DNA of 64,000 bases from Catajapyx aquilonaris. Its lineage: Eukaryota. The notes beneath the pieces were generated by a model. The model ran no database searches, was not told the origin of the DNA, and worked only from the letters and a program-made list of their open reading frames with translations. Where the stretch lies: assembly GCA_000934665.2 (NCBI GenBank), contig KZ538333.1:1-64000 (forward strand), written 5' to 3'. Both the position numbers and the translations under genes were made by a program. The first letter of the stretch is position 1. Every line of letters starts with the position of its first letter. Of this stretch, positions 12,062 to 25,327 are shown one piece after another.

Positions 12062-14265
12062 ACTATGCAGTACTGAGAGCAAGTAAACAATAGAGCTCAC
12101 TGAACAAATAGGGAGGTTGCAAAAGGTGGGGGTGCATTTAGAATACTCGGGTCTTCCAGGTACACACCATTGAGTGAAAATAATGAACAAATTAATGGTA
12201 GGTTCCGGGTTTGTTGTGATGGAAATGAGATTGGCTGCCAAATACATGAGAACAGACGAGTGCCTGGGAACAGGCAATGGAAGTCTGATTAAATGTGTTT
12301 GAACCTTTTAACCCAGTGAGGGCCGTGACATAGAAAATGTGTCATAAAGAGGACTTTGCCAAATGTTGCCCAAGAGTAGTAGAGTTATTTTGCTCACTTT
12401 TTATGATTTTAAAAATCAGTTATTGACGAGGCAGTTGACTGTGTAATTTTATGACAAAGTGACGCTGATTTCAAAGTTGTTTTTCTCTCCTGGCGTTATT
12501 TTCGTTGGTGCTTTTCATGTTCGTGCAAGCCATCTATAACTGAACATCTGTGATTTTCAAGTTTTAAAAAAATGTTTCAAAGAGTATATCTAGAGTATAG
12601 GTGGCTCCTTGTTGACTGTCAGATGCATGAAATTATGTTGATTTTGTCTAGCTTTTCATGTTTTGTTAATACTTGACTAGAAATTGAATCGTGTGCCTTG
12701 AATTTTTATGTCTATTTGTGAGTAAATGAATTGTACTTGTTCACCTGTAGCATTTTTTGTTATATGCACAAAATATTTTCGCACAGCTCTCCTGCTTCGT
12801 ACAGCATGTTCACGTTTTATCAACTGCCATTGTAAATCCTGAGTTCCAATTACAATTTCCAAGACTTATGAAGAACTCTTCCAGGATGTAAATGCAAAAT
12901 GAACTACTCAGACTGTACAAATACTGTGACAAAGTAAGTCTGAAGGGCAATGCAATATTCAAGGTACTTTCAAGAAGTATGCATATTTTAAACTCTTGTT
13001 TTATGAGATAAACTGCCTTGTTATGGTTTTATTGCCAGGTTAATACAAGGCATCATTTTTGGTCTTCTTTTTTGAATCAGTTTTATGACATTAAAAATCT
13101 TTCTCAACATTCAATGAAGAAAGGCACCCAAAATAGTGGCTATTTATGAGGCCATGAGATCCAAGTCATGCTGTTCATATGATATGCATGTTAGCTTGGA
13201 GATGGTTTCCCATGGCAAACACTGCCAAAGTGACTGATGCAGATGTTTGCAGCCACCATTCATAACCTGATGCTTTCGAAAAAGTAAGGACGATGTTGGA
13301 CACACCGTAGCATGTGAAACGGTCTTGGGAATTGCTGTGAAATGTCAAAATGGCCATGTGACCCAATCTGGTTCTGTAATTCTCGATTCTGACATGAAAG
13401 AAATCTGAAAAGAAAGGTGTCCTGTCCCACTTACGTAAGAAGTCTGATTGGAGTGGGTGGTTGTAGAGCTGTGAGTCATCTGGCCTTACTGATTACGGCT
13501 GTCCCTAACGGGCCAACTCGCATGTCAGTCAATACTGGGCCTGATCAAACATGTAACCAATCAGATGTAAAGAATTAAGTAAAATTGTGCATGAATCAAG
13601 GCCAATGGTGTCTGATAGTCAAAAATAGGTTTAGCCAATGGTTTGTAACCATTAGTATGTTTGCAAGGTGGACATACTGGGGGAACAAAAATAAGCCTTC
13701 ATCTTGAGCATGACTGTGCTCGTGATTGTATAGCACCAGATGGATTTTTTGACAGATAATACAGGGCCATTGTAAGTCTCATGCATGCAACATTGTTCAA
13801 TACTAGCTGTTGCCAGTTATAAGCACTATAGACTGGACTTGTCTAAGTGTATTGATTAGAAACCCTGAGACCGTACATGGTCCGTTAGCCGCCACTTCAT
13901 AAAAGTACAATAATTATTGCACACATGCATGTGTGGAAGCATAGGATATATCAGTTGTGTTATGAAGTTCACTTGGGGCAATCTGAAAGACCTTGATCCT
14001 GTGTTAGATTACTGTCATACTTGTAAATATCTTTTTAAGAACTTGTTGAAGGTGCCTTGTATACAGATACAAGTACTATCAGCACAATATTTTGCAACAT
14101 TTTCAGTTACGTTTTTTAGGAAAGTGTTGGCTATAATATTGTGGCGACAGTACATGTAGGTGGCTGTGGACCACTTTGAAAAGGGGGCTAAAAGTTCACA
14201 CCCCCCTCATTAAAGGTTATGTATAAATAGTAAAACCATTACTTTTTCATTGTAACAATACAGAA

Positions 14266-14271
14266 AATAAA
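14266..14271 (+). terminator. Candidate SCAP polyadenylation signal (implies ~2.2 kb 3'-UTR)
   Basis: AATAAA followed by a T/GT-rich downstream element (TTTTTTCCTGTGTG); coincides with the end of the CpG-poor block. Confidence 0.4.
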
Positions 14272-15243
14272 GCCTAGTTTTTTCCTGTGTGATATGTAAC
14301 CCACATGACGCATATGTCTGGATTATTACCCCAACCCCAGGCTGTAATTACAGTACACCTGAATGAACCTTTGCACTGTACAGTACGTGGCCCACACGTC
14401 ACTAGTTATGCATCCGATTCATTACCCCCGCTGCAAGAAGCCCAGAAATGCCTTTTGTGTGTCTACCTCATTATAATAATATTGATTGAACCAACTCCAC
14501 CATATGCAAATTATCAAAGTATCGTGGCATGATTATTTTCCTGGTTGATTTCCAGTAATGATTTAATTACCACATATTCAAGGACAATTCTATGAAGAAA
14601 TGGGGCATTGCAAATGACTCGCATTACCCAGAATCGACACCTCTAGCAGGCCAGAAAAGAAATGTCGTGTCGACATTTTCGTGACATTCCACTTCCTGGC
14701 CCCGATAAGCACGGGGAGATGCATATAAAATCCCCCTAGGGAATAAAACGCCCAATGACATCGTATCGATCAGATGGGGGTGATAGATAACGAAGACACA
14801 AAAAAAAGAGGATCTGTAGGATGGATTGGCCCCAAAAAATGAATCGGTATCCCATTCACGTTTCGCATTGGGGGTTTGTGGAAGGTGGAGGGGTGTACCG
14901 TACATTGCAGGAAAAAAGTCGCAAAGAGGAGGGGGTGTCCCTATAGAGCTAGACGTCCCTGTGTGTACCTCCCCCCTCCCCACAAATATCGGATTTTGGC
15001 GCAGGGGTCACGTGAAGGCCTGAGGGAGCCAATGGCGCCGGACGACGTCAGGGCGTTGCCTAGACGACGATGCCGATGTAGGGAGGGATGGGGGTAGAAG
15101 TTGGGGGGGTGGTGTTGGGTCCGGATCGACGTCGACGGCGTCGGGAGCGTCGACGGCGGACGGAAGGAGAGCCAGGGACAGTGCAGGTGTGAAAGTGAGG
15201 GCCGTCCCCGGTGGGTGCTGGTGACCTCCGACCCTCTCCGACC

Positions 15244-18200
15244 ATGGGCACTGTGTTAAGCTTCAGTCCGAGGGACAAGAAGAGCGGAGGTGGTGGAGGA
15301 GGAAACAACGTCAATGGAGGCGGGGGAGGTGGGGGCAGCACCGTTGGGATGGGCGTCGTCGGAAATGGCGGCGGGGGAGGCACTGCCAACACCACCAGCA
15401 GTTGTACTAACAGCACTGGGAGCAACACCGCCATTAATGTCACCACTGCCAGCACCATTCCTCTGGGTGGAGGAGGAGGAGGAAGTATTGGAGGTGGTGG
15501 TGGTGGCGAACAACTGTCCAACGAGCCTCTCAACAACCTGAAGGCCAACCACCACCTGAACCACCTGAACCATCATAACCATCACAACCAGCACCATCAC
15601 CACCATAACAACAACATGACCATCAACAACAACCACAACAGCAAGGGCAGCAGCAATAACACCCCAGCCTCCGCCCTGGTGATGGACAAGAACCGGATCC
15701 TCTCGGAGAAGAACGCGCTGGAGAAGAACCTGAAGAAGCACAGCCTCTTCATCAACGCTCTTAGCTGGAAACGCTTCTCGGCCGCGTCCAAGAAGAAGCT
15801 GGACAACAACTCTGGAGGAGGGGGCGACAATGGTGGAGTCGTCGGAGGCGTCGAAGGAGGAGGAGGCGGAGGAGGAGGAACAGGTTCTAACAAGAACAAG
15901 AACTTTACGACGCTGCGGCCCACTCTGGACACCCTGCATCCTCTAGTAAGCCCTATAACAATAAAACACAACAATGTGACGTCGCTCGTGGTAACACCGA
16001 CCTTTCACTTCGCAAATTAGAGGCACGCCTAAAACTGATAGGCTCAAAAGGCTGATTTAAAAGTACAAAACCTAATCTAATTACCCCAGCGGTAATTTTA
16101 AGGCTCCCGCATGCTAATTAAGGCGAGCGGCAAGTGCTGACACTATCATCGGCCCGGAGAGATAATAGACTCCGTCACTAATTAACAGTACCTTCATCAA
16201 GTTAGCCGCATATTATTCTGTGCCTTTAGGGGTAGGTGATTGAATTCATGCCTCTAGGGAAAACGGGGCGGGCTCACCTGACATTCTGCTCTATTCACAC
16301 AGCTGCCTCTTTTTCCAAGCTAACTTCTTTGCAAAAACCAGATTCAGAGTTGTGATCAGAGTAGCGTGAGCAATCTGTTCTCTCCGCGTTCGACTCGTTT
16401 TTCTCGCGGTTCTTTCAGAGCAGTACTGACGTCGCAGTGGCTGTGAACAATGTGACGTCAGTGCTGATTGCACACTGGCAATTAGCACAATTGTAATGAT
16501 CTTTTCTTCTGTGATGTCAGGTGGTGGACAACAACCGCAACATCCACAAGGCCCTCCAATGCTACTACCAGCAGCAGCAGGCCCCCGTTCTGCAGGGTGG
16601 TCATCTCCAAGGCCCCCTGCAAGGGTCACGTCCTGCCCTGAGTGCCATAGACCTGGTGAGAGCCAACAACGCCGCCAACAAGCAGAGCAACCTGTCAGCT
16701 GGCGACGGATGCAACAACAACAGCAACGTGAGCACCAACAACAACAACAAGCTTGGGGCCAAGCAGACCATCCTGCCTCCCACCAGCTGCGTTCTGGGGG
16801 TGCTGGGGACCATATCCAGCAGCACCACCTTGACCACCACCCTGAGCACCACCACTACCACCACTACCACCACGACCATCATCAACCAGAACCAGAACCT
16901 AAACCAGAACCAGCAGGTGACCACCACTGGCGCTCGCAAGACTGTCATCCAGGCCTCCACCTCTGAGTTGCTCAAGTGTTTGGGCGCCTACCTCCACCGG
17001 AAGTGCTCTCGGCTGAAGGACTTCCAGGCCGGAGACGCAGTCATGTGGCTACGGACCGTCGACAGGTCACTTCTTCTGCAGGGATGGCAGGTCAGCAACA
17101 CCCCCTCATCTTTCTCCTAATACGCTTATTCTCTCCGTCGGATTTTTGTCCAATCTGATAGTATTGATCGCACGACCTGAGTGTGGCAGGAGTGTGCAGA
17201 AGGAGTATGCGCCATCTATGCGTGAAGAATAGTACTACGTGCTAAATCGGCGGGCCACTGTCATACTGATCATAGGTTTTGCCTAATTTTGGCAACCGGT
17301 TCATTGTAGTCTTATAGTTTTTATAGTCTCTCTTATGCATATTCACATGCAGGGTACCATCCATCAAGTAACGTAGTACACGGTGCCCTGCGTCGAAGGT
17401 CTTGCAATAAAAATGTGAGCAATATTATTGCATCCAATTGCATGAAGCCACTGACAAGACCAAAGTATGGTGGGTTGCCCCCTTCCCAGGATACCAAGCA
17501 TGTGCCAAACATGCAAACGACTCGCGTAAAACGTAATTGCCCCATAAAAAATGTGGGCCATTAAGTCGTATAGGACAGCTAAGCATCCAATGTTTTGTGG
17601 ACATTGGGGCGGAGATGAAGGTCCTTGATTTCGAGACGGATGCTGCTGAAGTAGGATTCGGCGTCGGCGCACTCACCGTCGGGGTCGTCCCCGGGAACTA
17701 TCGATTTCGTCTATCGATCTAGTAGAGACTCGAGGACGAAGCTTTTTCGGGGTTTTGGGGTCGGCTGGCTTTTTTTTGAGGCCAACTATATCCGTACATT
17801 TGTTGCCGGAGGAAGAATCATCCTGAGTTCATATAAGTACGGTTCGTTAAATATTCGTTTCCCTCCGAGGCTGGGATCTAAGATTGGCAATTTGGCTTAC
17901 AGGGCAGTTAACCTTGCATCAGCACCGTGGCAAACCCGCATCCGGATATCGACTTCTATAGTATAAATAGGCATTTGCCAAATGGACGGAAGCGATGGCG
18001 AAATTGCGCCTGCGACCTTGCCGGATTCATGCACTATGTATCTAATCCACTCCCCAGAACGCCTTGGAGTTTTATAACCGAATCCGGATTTTATTGTTTT
18101 TTTTTTTGTTTTGTTAGATTAGGACGCGGACTAGAGAGCTTTTTGGGAGGAGGGAGTATGTCAACAATTGTGACGTAAGCTGCTGGTAGGGTTTGCCCAA

Positions 18201-19557
18201 TTGATCCGTTAGGTCAATAAGGGAGTTAAATGGCAAATTCGCAGTGGTAATTTGCGTTTGGTATTCGCATGGACTGCGTTTAAATAGAGTGGAGTTAATT
18301 ATAGATTTTCAGGTAACATGCGTCATAAAATTGCTCACTTTGTTGGGATAAAAATCCATATTTTGTTGGAGGTGCTTGAGTGTCGAGGCCGAAACGCTGT
18401 TTCAGTGAATGCGGTGTTGTAACAGTATTTTAATTTTTTTAAGGACGACAAAATCAAGGTTCGTAGTTGACTAATGGGAAACATCCGGTTGCTGAATATT
18501 TCTGTGACTCCGAAGAGAACACACAAAATAACACCTAGGGCACATTTTGGCAATGTACAGTACGTAATGGACCGGATCATATTATCACTAAAGAATATTG
18601 AAGCACTAAAAACCTCAGAAACATTCATCTATTTTCTGTTATTGCAACAAAAATTGCGTGGTTCATGCCCTGGCAAACTTGTTGCGCACAATAAACTAGC
18701 TGGTTGCATCATTCCACGGTACTTACACACTATTAATCCTCCAACACATGCTGGCTGCCCTGACAAGGAATACCCATTTGTTCTGGGTGCGGCAATCTAC
18801 ATTTCAGATATGACAGGCCGATAACACATCGGATACGCGACCGATCCAAAACTCAGCGCATCAATTACCAGCTTGTCATAACTAAATTGCTCCAATTACC
18901 ATGCACAGTACTGCCTGTCAAAACAAGTTCCGTCCGATTGGTCCGAATATACGCAATATCTGGAGCAAAATGAAGTTCGTGAAACGAATCAGTACTTTTG
19001 AGTCATAAAATCTGTGACGTTTGACCTATTAATAGACTCCGGATCCACTAGGTTCCGTGCGTTGTTCCACGTCCGATACGGATCTAACAGGGCAAAAACC
19101 GAGCTGTAACACGACTCCTAATCAGTCAATGACCAGCGAATTTTAAATGCGCCACTGTAGCCCGTTGAACCTTCTTCCTCCTCTGCATATCATTAATCGG
19201 ATGTTATGTCCCTCCCGAATATTGCAGGACGTGGCGTTCATCAACCCTGCGAACGTGGTGTTCGTCTACATGCTGGTGCGAGAGCTGGTTGGCGAAGAGG
19301 TTGGCTCCGAGGCCGAGCTGCAGGCGGTGGTACTCACCTGCCTGTACCTGTCCTACTCGTACATGGGCAACGAGATTTCGTATCCGCTCAAGCCCTTCCT
19401 CGTGGAGGAGGACAAGGAGCGCTTCTGGGACCGGTGCATCCTCATTGTCAACTCGCTGTCCAGGAACATGCTCAGGATAAACTCCGAGCCCAGCTTCTTC
19501 ACCGAGGTCTTCACCGAGCTCAAGGCCTGCGGGGCTGCCCTGGCCGCACTGGCCTAA
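15244..19557 (+). CDS. CDK5R1: Cyclin-dependent kinase 5 activator (p35/p39 family), 3 exons, ~533 aa
   Basis: Exons 15244-15945, 16521-17090, 19228-19557 (phase 0, GT-AG). N-terminal myristoylation motif MGTVLSFSP in ACCATGG context; [108 protein letters not shown]. Confidence 0.96.
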
Positions 19558-22500
19558 CAACAACAATTGGATTTCAAAAAAAAGAGACTCACTTAACATT
19601 ATTTTAACTGTTGCTTCTCCCCCCCCCCCCCCNCCCCCCCCCCCCAGTGATTGTCCCTCGACCCACCCCCTCGAAGTAACATCAACCACCTCCCACCTTA
19701 GTGCTTCTGCGCCTCTGGAGGAGGAAGGATATCGATTGGACATTGGAGAAGGGATAATTATGTCCAGTTTGTTGACCCTTCATCTTCGTCCCCATCTCCC
19801 CCCATCGCATCCGGACCTGTTTTATCTTTTGTGAAACTCGTTGCTGCCAAAACACTCTAAGACCAGTCGTCTTTTAGTCCAGTTTTCGCGTCCGTTGTGG
19901 GATGAAAAAGTATACTCTTACGACTCTTATAAAAAATATTTCTAGCAATAAGTAAGCAGATGAAACTTTGGCGCGTGTGTTGCATTTTCCCCAATACCCT
20001 AATCAAAATGCGTAGACTCAATTGCTCAAACTCGGCTCTCTAATTTGTAAAAAGTATAAAGGTCCACTTTGTTGTTCCGGTGTAAATAAATTGAAAAATT
20101 GATGAAAATGCAGCTCTGGTGTTCATCTAGACATTTGCATAATAATGACTTTGAAAAACCTGACGACTCACCCGGTATGGAGCAATCCACGTTGATTGCC
20201 TGTCTTAGAGTGTGATGGTAACTATTTACATACTCAGAGACTATCCGTCTATAGTCCAAACTACTGCCTCACACGTCATGACTCCTCACTGTTTCAGTAT
20301 TGTACTTAACTGAGTTACTTAATTTTTAATAGCTATAAATAATATATATTTATGTAATGTTTGTCATCAGATCTGATTCTCTGGACACAACGAAAGAAAA
20401 AGTTCAGGAAATGTGTTGAAAAACATCCAGTTGAAAAAATGAATCGTTTTTGGCATTTCTTAGTTGTGGTGCGGAGATTCAGTCTGGTGGATATTATATA
20501 TTTTGCTGTTGCAAAATTGTGAAAAATAATGTACAATTTATTTTGCCAAAAGGTGACATTACACTGGGCTGTTTCAACATAACCCCGAATGGGATTCGCT
20601 ATCAAATGTCCACTTTTTTGTGTAGCGACTGGACATCACCAATCACCACTTTTTCTTAGTCAACTGGAATCGATCGGCATCAAATATTGACGTTTCGATT
20701 CCAATAGACAAAGTGAAACCGGTGGCAATTTGCGGTGAGGTCATTGGTATGGAGGATTCGAGTCGATGTCATTTGACTTGCGATTCCCCAGTGGTTGCCG
20801 TGCTGCGGCTCGCCCTTAGCTTTCGTCTCTTTCCTTTACTTTGTCCCCACCACTAACCTTTGTTGACCTTTTACCTGCCTCCTCACCTGTCAAATCCGCA
20901 CCAAACAACACGTAGATCTGCTGTGGGCAGACAATAACGGAAGGCAACCCATGACAATAACCGCTCTCGGTTCGGACAATAACCACATACAATAATTATA
21001 TTATTAATAATAACAATAATAATAACAGTAACAATAATGGCCGTGACAATAATTAACTCGGGCCAATGCCCGAGTTAAATCGCAGCCAAAGATTTAAAAA
21101 TAACGAATAAATTTCTCCGCATAAATGTCAACTAATTTGCACTAAAAGCACTGGCGGCAGGTAGCCTTTGGCCTGGCGTCCAAAAAAAATATTGTGACGA
21201 TAAGCACAGAGCGAGCCGGAATGCAAATTATGGATGGGGAAATGGTCCAGTTCGTTGCCTTTTGGTCCCACTTTACGTTGGAAGTGTATACAGTTGTGTT
21301 TGTGTTTCATCAAGGTCCCTCACACCAATCTGGATTTAGTATGTTCATTGTGAATTTTTGCGCAACCTATTTTTTGCCACTCTAGGTGCCAGTGATTATG
21401 GTGATGGCAATGGTGATGAAGATTGTGGTGATGATGAAGCCAAAATATCTTTTGCCCCCCCCCCCTCCCCCGCCCCCCACTTTTTCTCTCCCCCGTTTTC
21501 CTCCTCCCCATACCCTCCCCCCCATCCAACAACAAAAAAATCTCATTATATGGTTGGTTGCCATTTTGTACTACCAGATCGAGCCGAGGCTAGTCCTCTT
21601 TTGACTCTACCAACCGCCAATTACGTCCTTGTGCGTCTGGTGTCTAGATGATGCCGATTAAAAGTAGTGCGCTCAGCTCCATTAATCTGATTTATTTCCT
21701 CCCCTCTACATACACTTTGCTGGATGACTTTACCTTGAATCACGTGAGTTACTTCAGATAGGTAAGTGGATTGAAGAGCGTTTTATATAACCGTGAGTGT
21801 AACGGACATGTGGGTTGGTGTATCGACTTTTTTGATGCATAATTCAGAGGTAGAATGTTGATAAGGGGTATGAACAGAATCAATATTTATTCACCATTGT
21901 TGTCTCACATGCTATAATCTGCTCCAGTATGCATTTTTTTAACGAAGCTTATTACAACTGTCTGCGGTTGCTTGTTGAGGGTTGACTGACTAAGCTGACC
22001 ATAGCTTTCCAAGAAAAGAAGCTATTTTCTTACATTCATTATCATCGGTGTGTTTCTGCGGAATGGAAACTTCTTCAGTGCTATTAATTAATCGATGAAA
22101 TAAGAAGAAGGCGTTAACAGATGATGCGTAACACGTTTCTAGGAATTGACAATTGGGAAACACCCTCAATATACCATGTTATGTTCAGTTTAATGGTCCT
22201 ACTGCAGGGGCCGTACTTGCACTTGTTGATGAGAATAATGAACATTAGCTGACATTACACATAGCGATTTGAGCAACTCAAAGCCGAGAATAGTCAGATC
22301 ATGACTGCTCCACAATGTGCGCAGCAGATGCGACCTCATTTCTTCCTTCCCTGAAATAAAGACGCCGTGCCGTGAACCTTCTTGGTGAACTCTTCGTACA
22401 CATAAATAATAAGAAATGTTCATGATAGACATGACCGTGTAATCGAATTGGATCCTCCCAAATGAATATCTGAAAGGATTCTTGAACGCACGCTCTTTCA

Positions 22501-25081
22501 TGCAGTAATAGTGAATCATCTTGTCACTGTCTATTCTGTAAAATACGATCTACCGTACATTCATAATTCATCATTAGCGTCAGAGCAATCAATCGAAATT
22601 GTGTGAGCAGATAATTATACTTTACATGTATTTCACACATTGACATAATTATCCATACTTATCATTAGTCACCTATACAGTGCAATACAACGAGAGGATC
22701 CGAGCAAGTGCTTGTACGCCTGCAGGTTATTCAGTCCGTGCGACAAGGGTGCGGTTGCATATAATTCAGGATGAAATATTCCTTTCCCCATGATGTGTCA
22801 CTGCATGAAAATGCTGATGTCCGCAAGAGATATCCGATAAGGACTGAGGCTTCATTGGTCCAGTTTGACATAATAATTCAGTATATCGCCGTGGCTTAAT
22901 TATTCTGTGAAAGTTAGAATGTTGAGTGCACCAGTTTAGATTAGTACAAATTGAAAGAGAGTAATTAAAAGGGCGATAATTACGCCGATTTGGAGCATGT
23001 CCGAATTGCGCATGTCACCATGATGTAATTAGTATTTACTCTACTTCAAATGAAACCGTCGTTATTTACGTTCTTTTGCATAGTATTAATTTTGCAGCCT
23101 GCTAAACGAGTAGCATTGATCATGCTGATCTGCATTATCCTTACGACTAGGGCCGCAACAGCACAAAATAATATATACGGAATCATTATTATATCAAACT
23201 GGGCCAGTGAGACGTTTCTATGTCGTCACCTGATGTTGCTCTTTACCCTAACTTTGCAGAGCACAGGACCTCATCCGTAAATGTTGCGTCAAAATGTCAG
23301 AGGAATTTTCCACTGATAACGGTGTCCCACTGTGTGATGTCAGGCTTTTATGGTATTTTCAAAAGATCCGGTGTTGGTCGACAGCTGCTGGTCAATATAG
23401 TTTATCTCGCACCTAAGGAAGCATGTAGATTCAATTTCCCCATACGGAAGCTGCAGGACATCTGCAGACATCTGCAGCCGGATTTTTCTATAACATCCGT
23501 ATATATACACAAACCAAGTAACTTTACGAGTATAGGCTATTGCGGGACAATATTTTCAATGAAGAGAAATTATGATACCTAACCACAAGTTCAAACTCCT
23601 GCAGCTATTCACCGTCGTTCGTTCGTTTTCTTGTATAGCAATAAGAAAGTGTCTACTTCAAGAGCTTTACGATTGTTTGACTCTCTATACTGTCTACAGG
23701 GTTTCTGTACCGGTGAGTTCAGAGGTACTGCTGCAATCTACGAAAAGGAGAGAATCAGCGTTTTCTCGTATAAAAGCGTTGTATTCGATTGAGAAATGTG
23801 GAAGACTGAAATTCCTATCTCAAGAGCCTATTTTGGCTTTTTAGGACCTTTGCATCACTTCCATTATTTATAAATCCGGTTTGTAATCAGCAAATTCCAA
23901 AGGATTTCTCATTCACTCGCTTGAATGCATGGTGCTTGAGTCAATTTCGAAGTCATATGCACCAGGAAAAGATCTAACTTATATATATACGGGTATGCCA
24001 GAGACGGCCAACCCCACCAAAAAAAAGTCTGGTATGCAAAGTCAGATCTCCAAGCTTAGCTATACAAGAGACGCAAAGAATCGCAAAGAATATTGATATT
24101 AATATAATGAGGGGCATTATCAAAGCATTCAACGTTTACGAAAATACTTCTGCAACTTTCAGTCTCTTACCAACTTCCTCAGTTGAGATAAGGAACTGCA
24201 TTCTAATTTTCTAAGGGGTCATCATTCTATAAAAGTATGCCAGTTGATATAACTCTGAGGTTATATTCAACCTGACAGTACAATACTATATACTGGCGTC
24301 ACAAGCATTTTATCGTTAGTGATGGCATTCGCATTGCCGATAGTCATTGTTGTCTATTGCGACTCACTGCACTATTAAGCTACTAAGCTGAAAGATAGGT
24401 AGGCTACCTAGTCCATACTGACACGAATTAAATGGGATATTTAAAAATGTTTCCTCTGCCAAAAATGATAGTGGCGATACTACTATGTATTTTAGAATTC
24501 GTAACATTATTTTGTTTCCGCACAAATCTCGCAGACACTCCCGTAGTGTCAACTTCAAGGACGGCAATGTACCTGTATAACAGTAGACAGCTACAAAAAT
24601 TCCGTAAATGGTAATCAGTCATTAATAATAATGATCAATGGACGCCCACTGTAGTAGAGCTTTTCAGACTTTTTATTGACCCGACTTTATCCATTGATTG
24701 CTCTGTCATGTGGATTTTGGCAGTGGGAGGGAGCAGCATAACCCCGAAAAAGATTCACCAGAACACACGGGGATATTTCATCGAAAGTTTTTCCGAGACA
24801 CACGATATTTCTCTCCGTTCCGCGGATCGAACTCGGCACCTCAGTCTGTGACTTAGGTACCCTATGGACTTACCACTATTTTCACGCACAAAATCCGAGC
24901 TTCTAATAATACGACAACATAATTTGTCATTACGGTAGTAATAAAATAATGAGTAATTGTCATCATGCGCCTGGCTGAACATTACTGTGCTTTCGGAAAG
25001 GTTGTGATGAGTCAACCGTGAAACATGAGGACCAGCGACCAGGTGACTGGAGGACATCCACCTCCTCATGAAGAAAAGGAA

Positions 25082-25240
25082 GGCGTGGCCGCGCTTGAGA
25101 CAACAGCACGCGTGGCAATGCAGCCTTGACTTTTCAAAACGGAAGGGATAAGAATCCCGCGGCCAACAAACCGTGATGTCCTTTTTACACGAACCACGAT
25201 CCCATTGGCCTGTGTCATCATCCACAGTTGCCACATCATC
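25082..25240 (+). promoter_or_regulatory. PDIA4 proximal promoter with UPR-type (XBP1/ATF6-like) elements
   Basis: CCACG/CGTGG cores at ~25084, ~25110 and ~25194, ATTGG at 25204-25208, and TTGCCACATCATC at 25228-25240 (reverse complement GATGATGTGGCAA, one mismatch from TGACGTGG), 90-250 bp upstream of the ATG. Confidence 0.4.
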
Positions 25241-25327
25241 TCATTATCTGTTTACAAGGAAGAGGGACTAGTCTGGCAACCGCGCCCATCCAGATCGTCA
25301 CTTGTCCAGACGTTCATTTGTTCAGCG

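Noticed and set aside
13175..13680. Minus-strand exons (acceptors near 13677 and 13405, donor near 13434) and a CCAAT cluster
   Set aside because: The implied intron is only ~30 nt, no frame gives a recognisable protein, and the region is probably SCAP 3'-UTR.
15060..16975. Several long Pro/Val/Leu-rich ORFs on the minus strand and in alternative frames
   Set aside because: By-products of the GC-rich triplet repeats in CDK5R1 exons.
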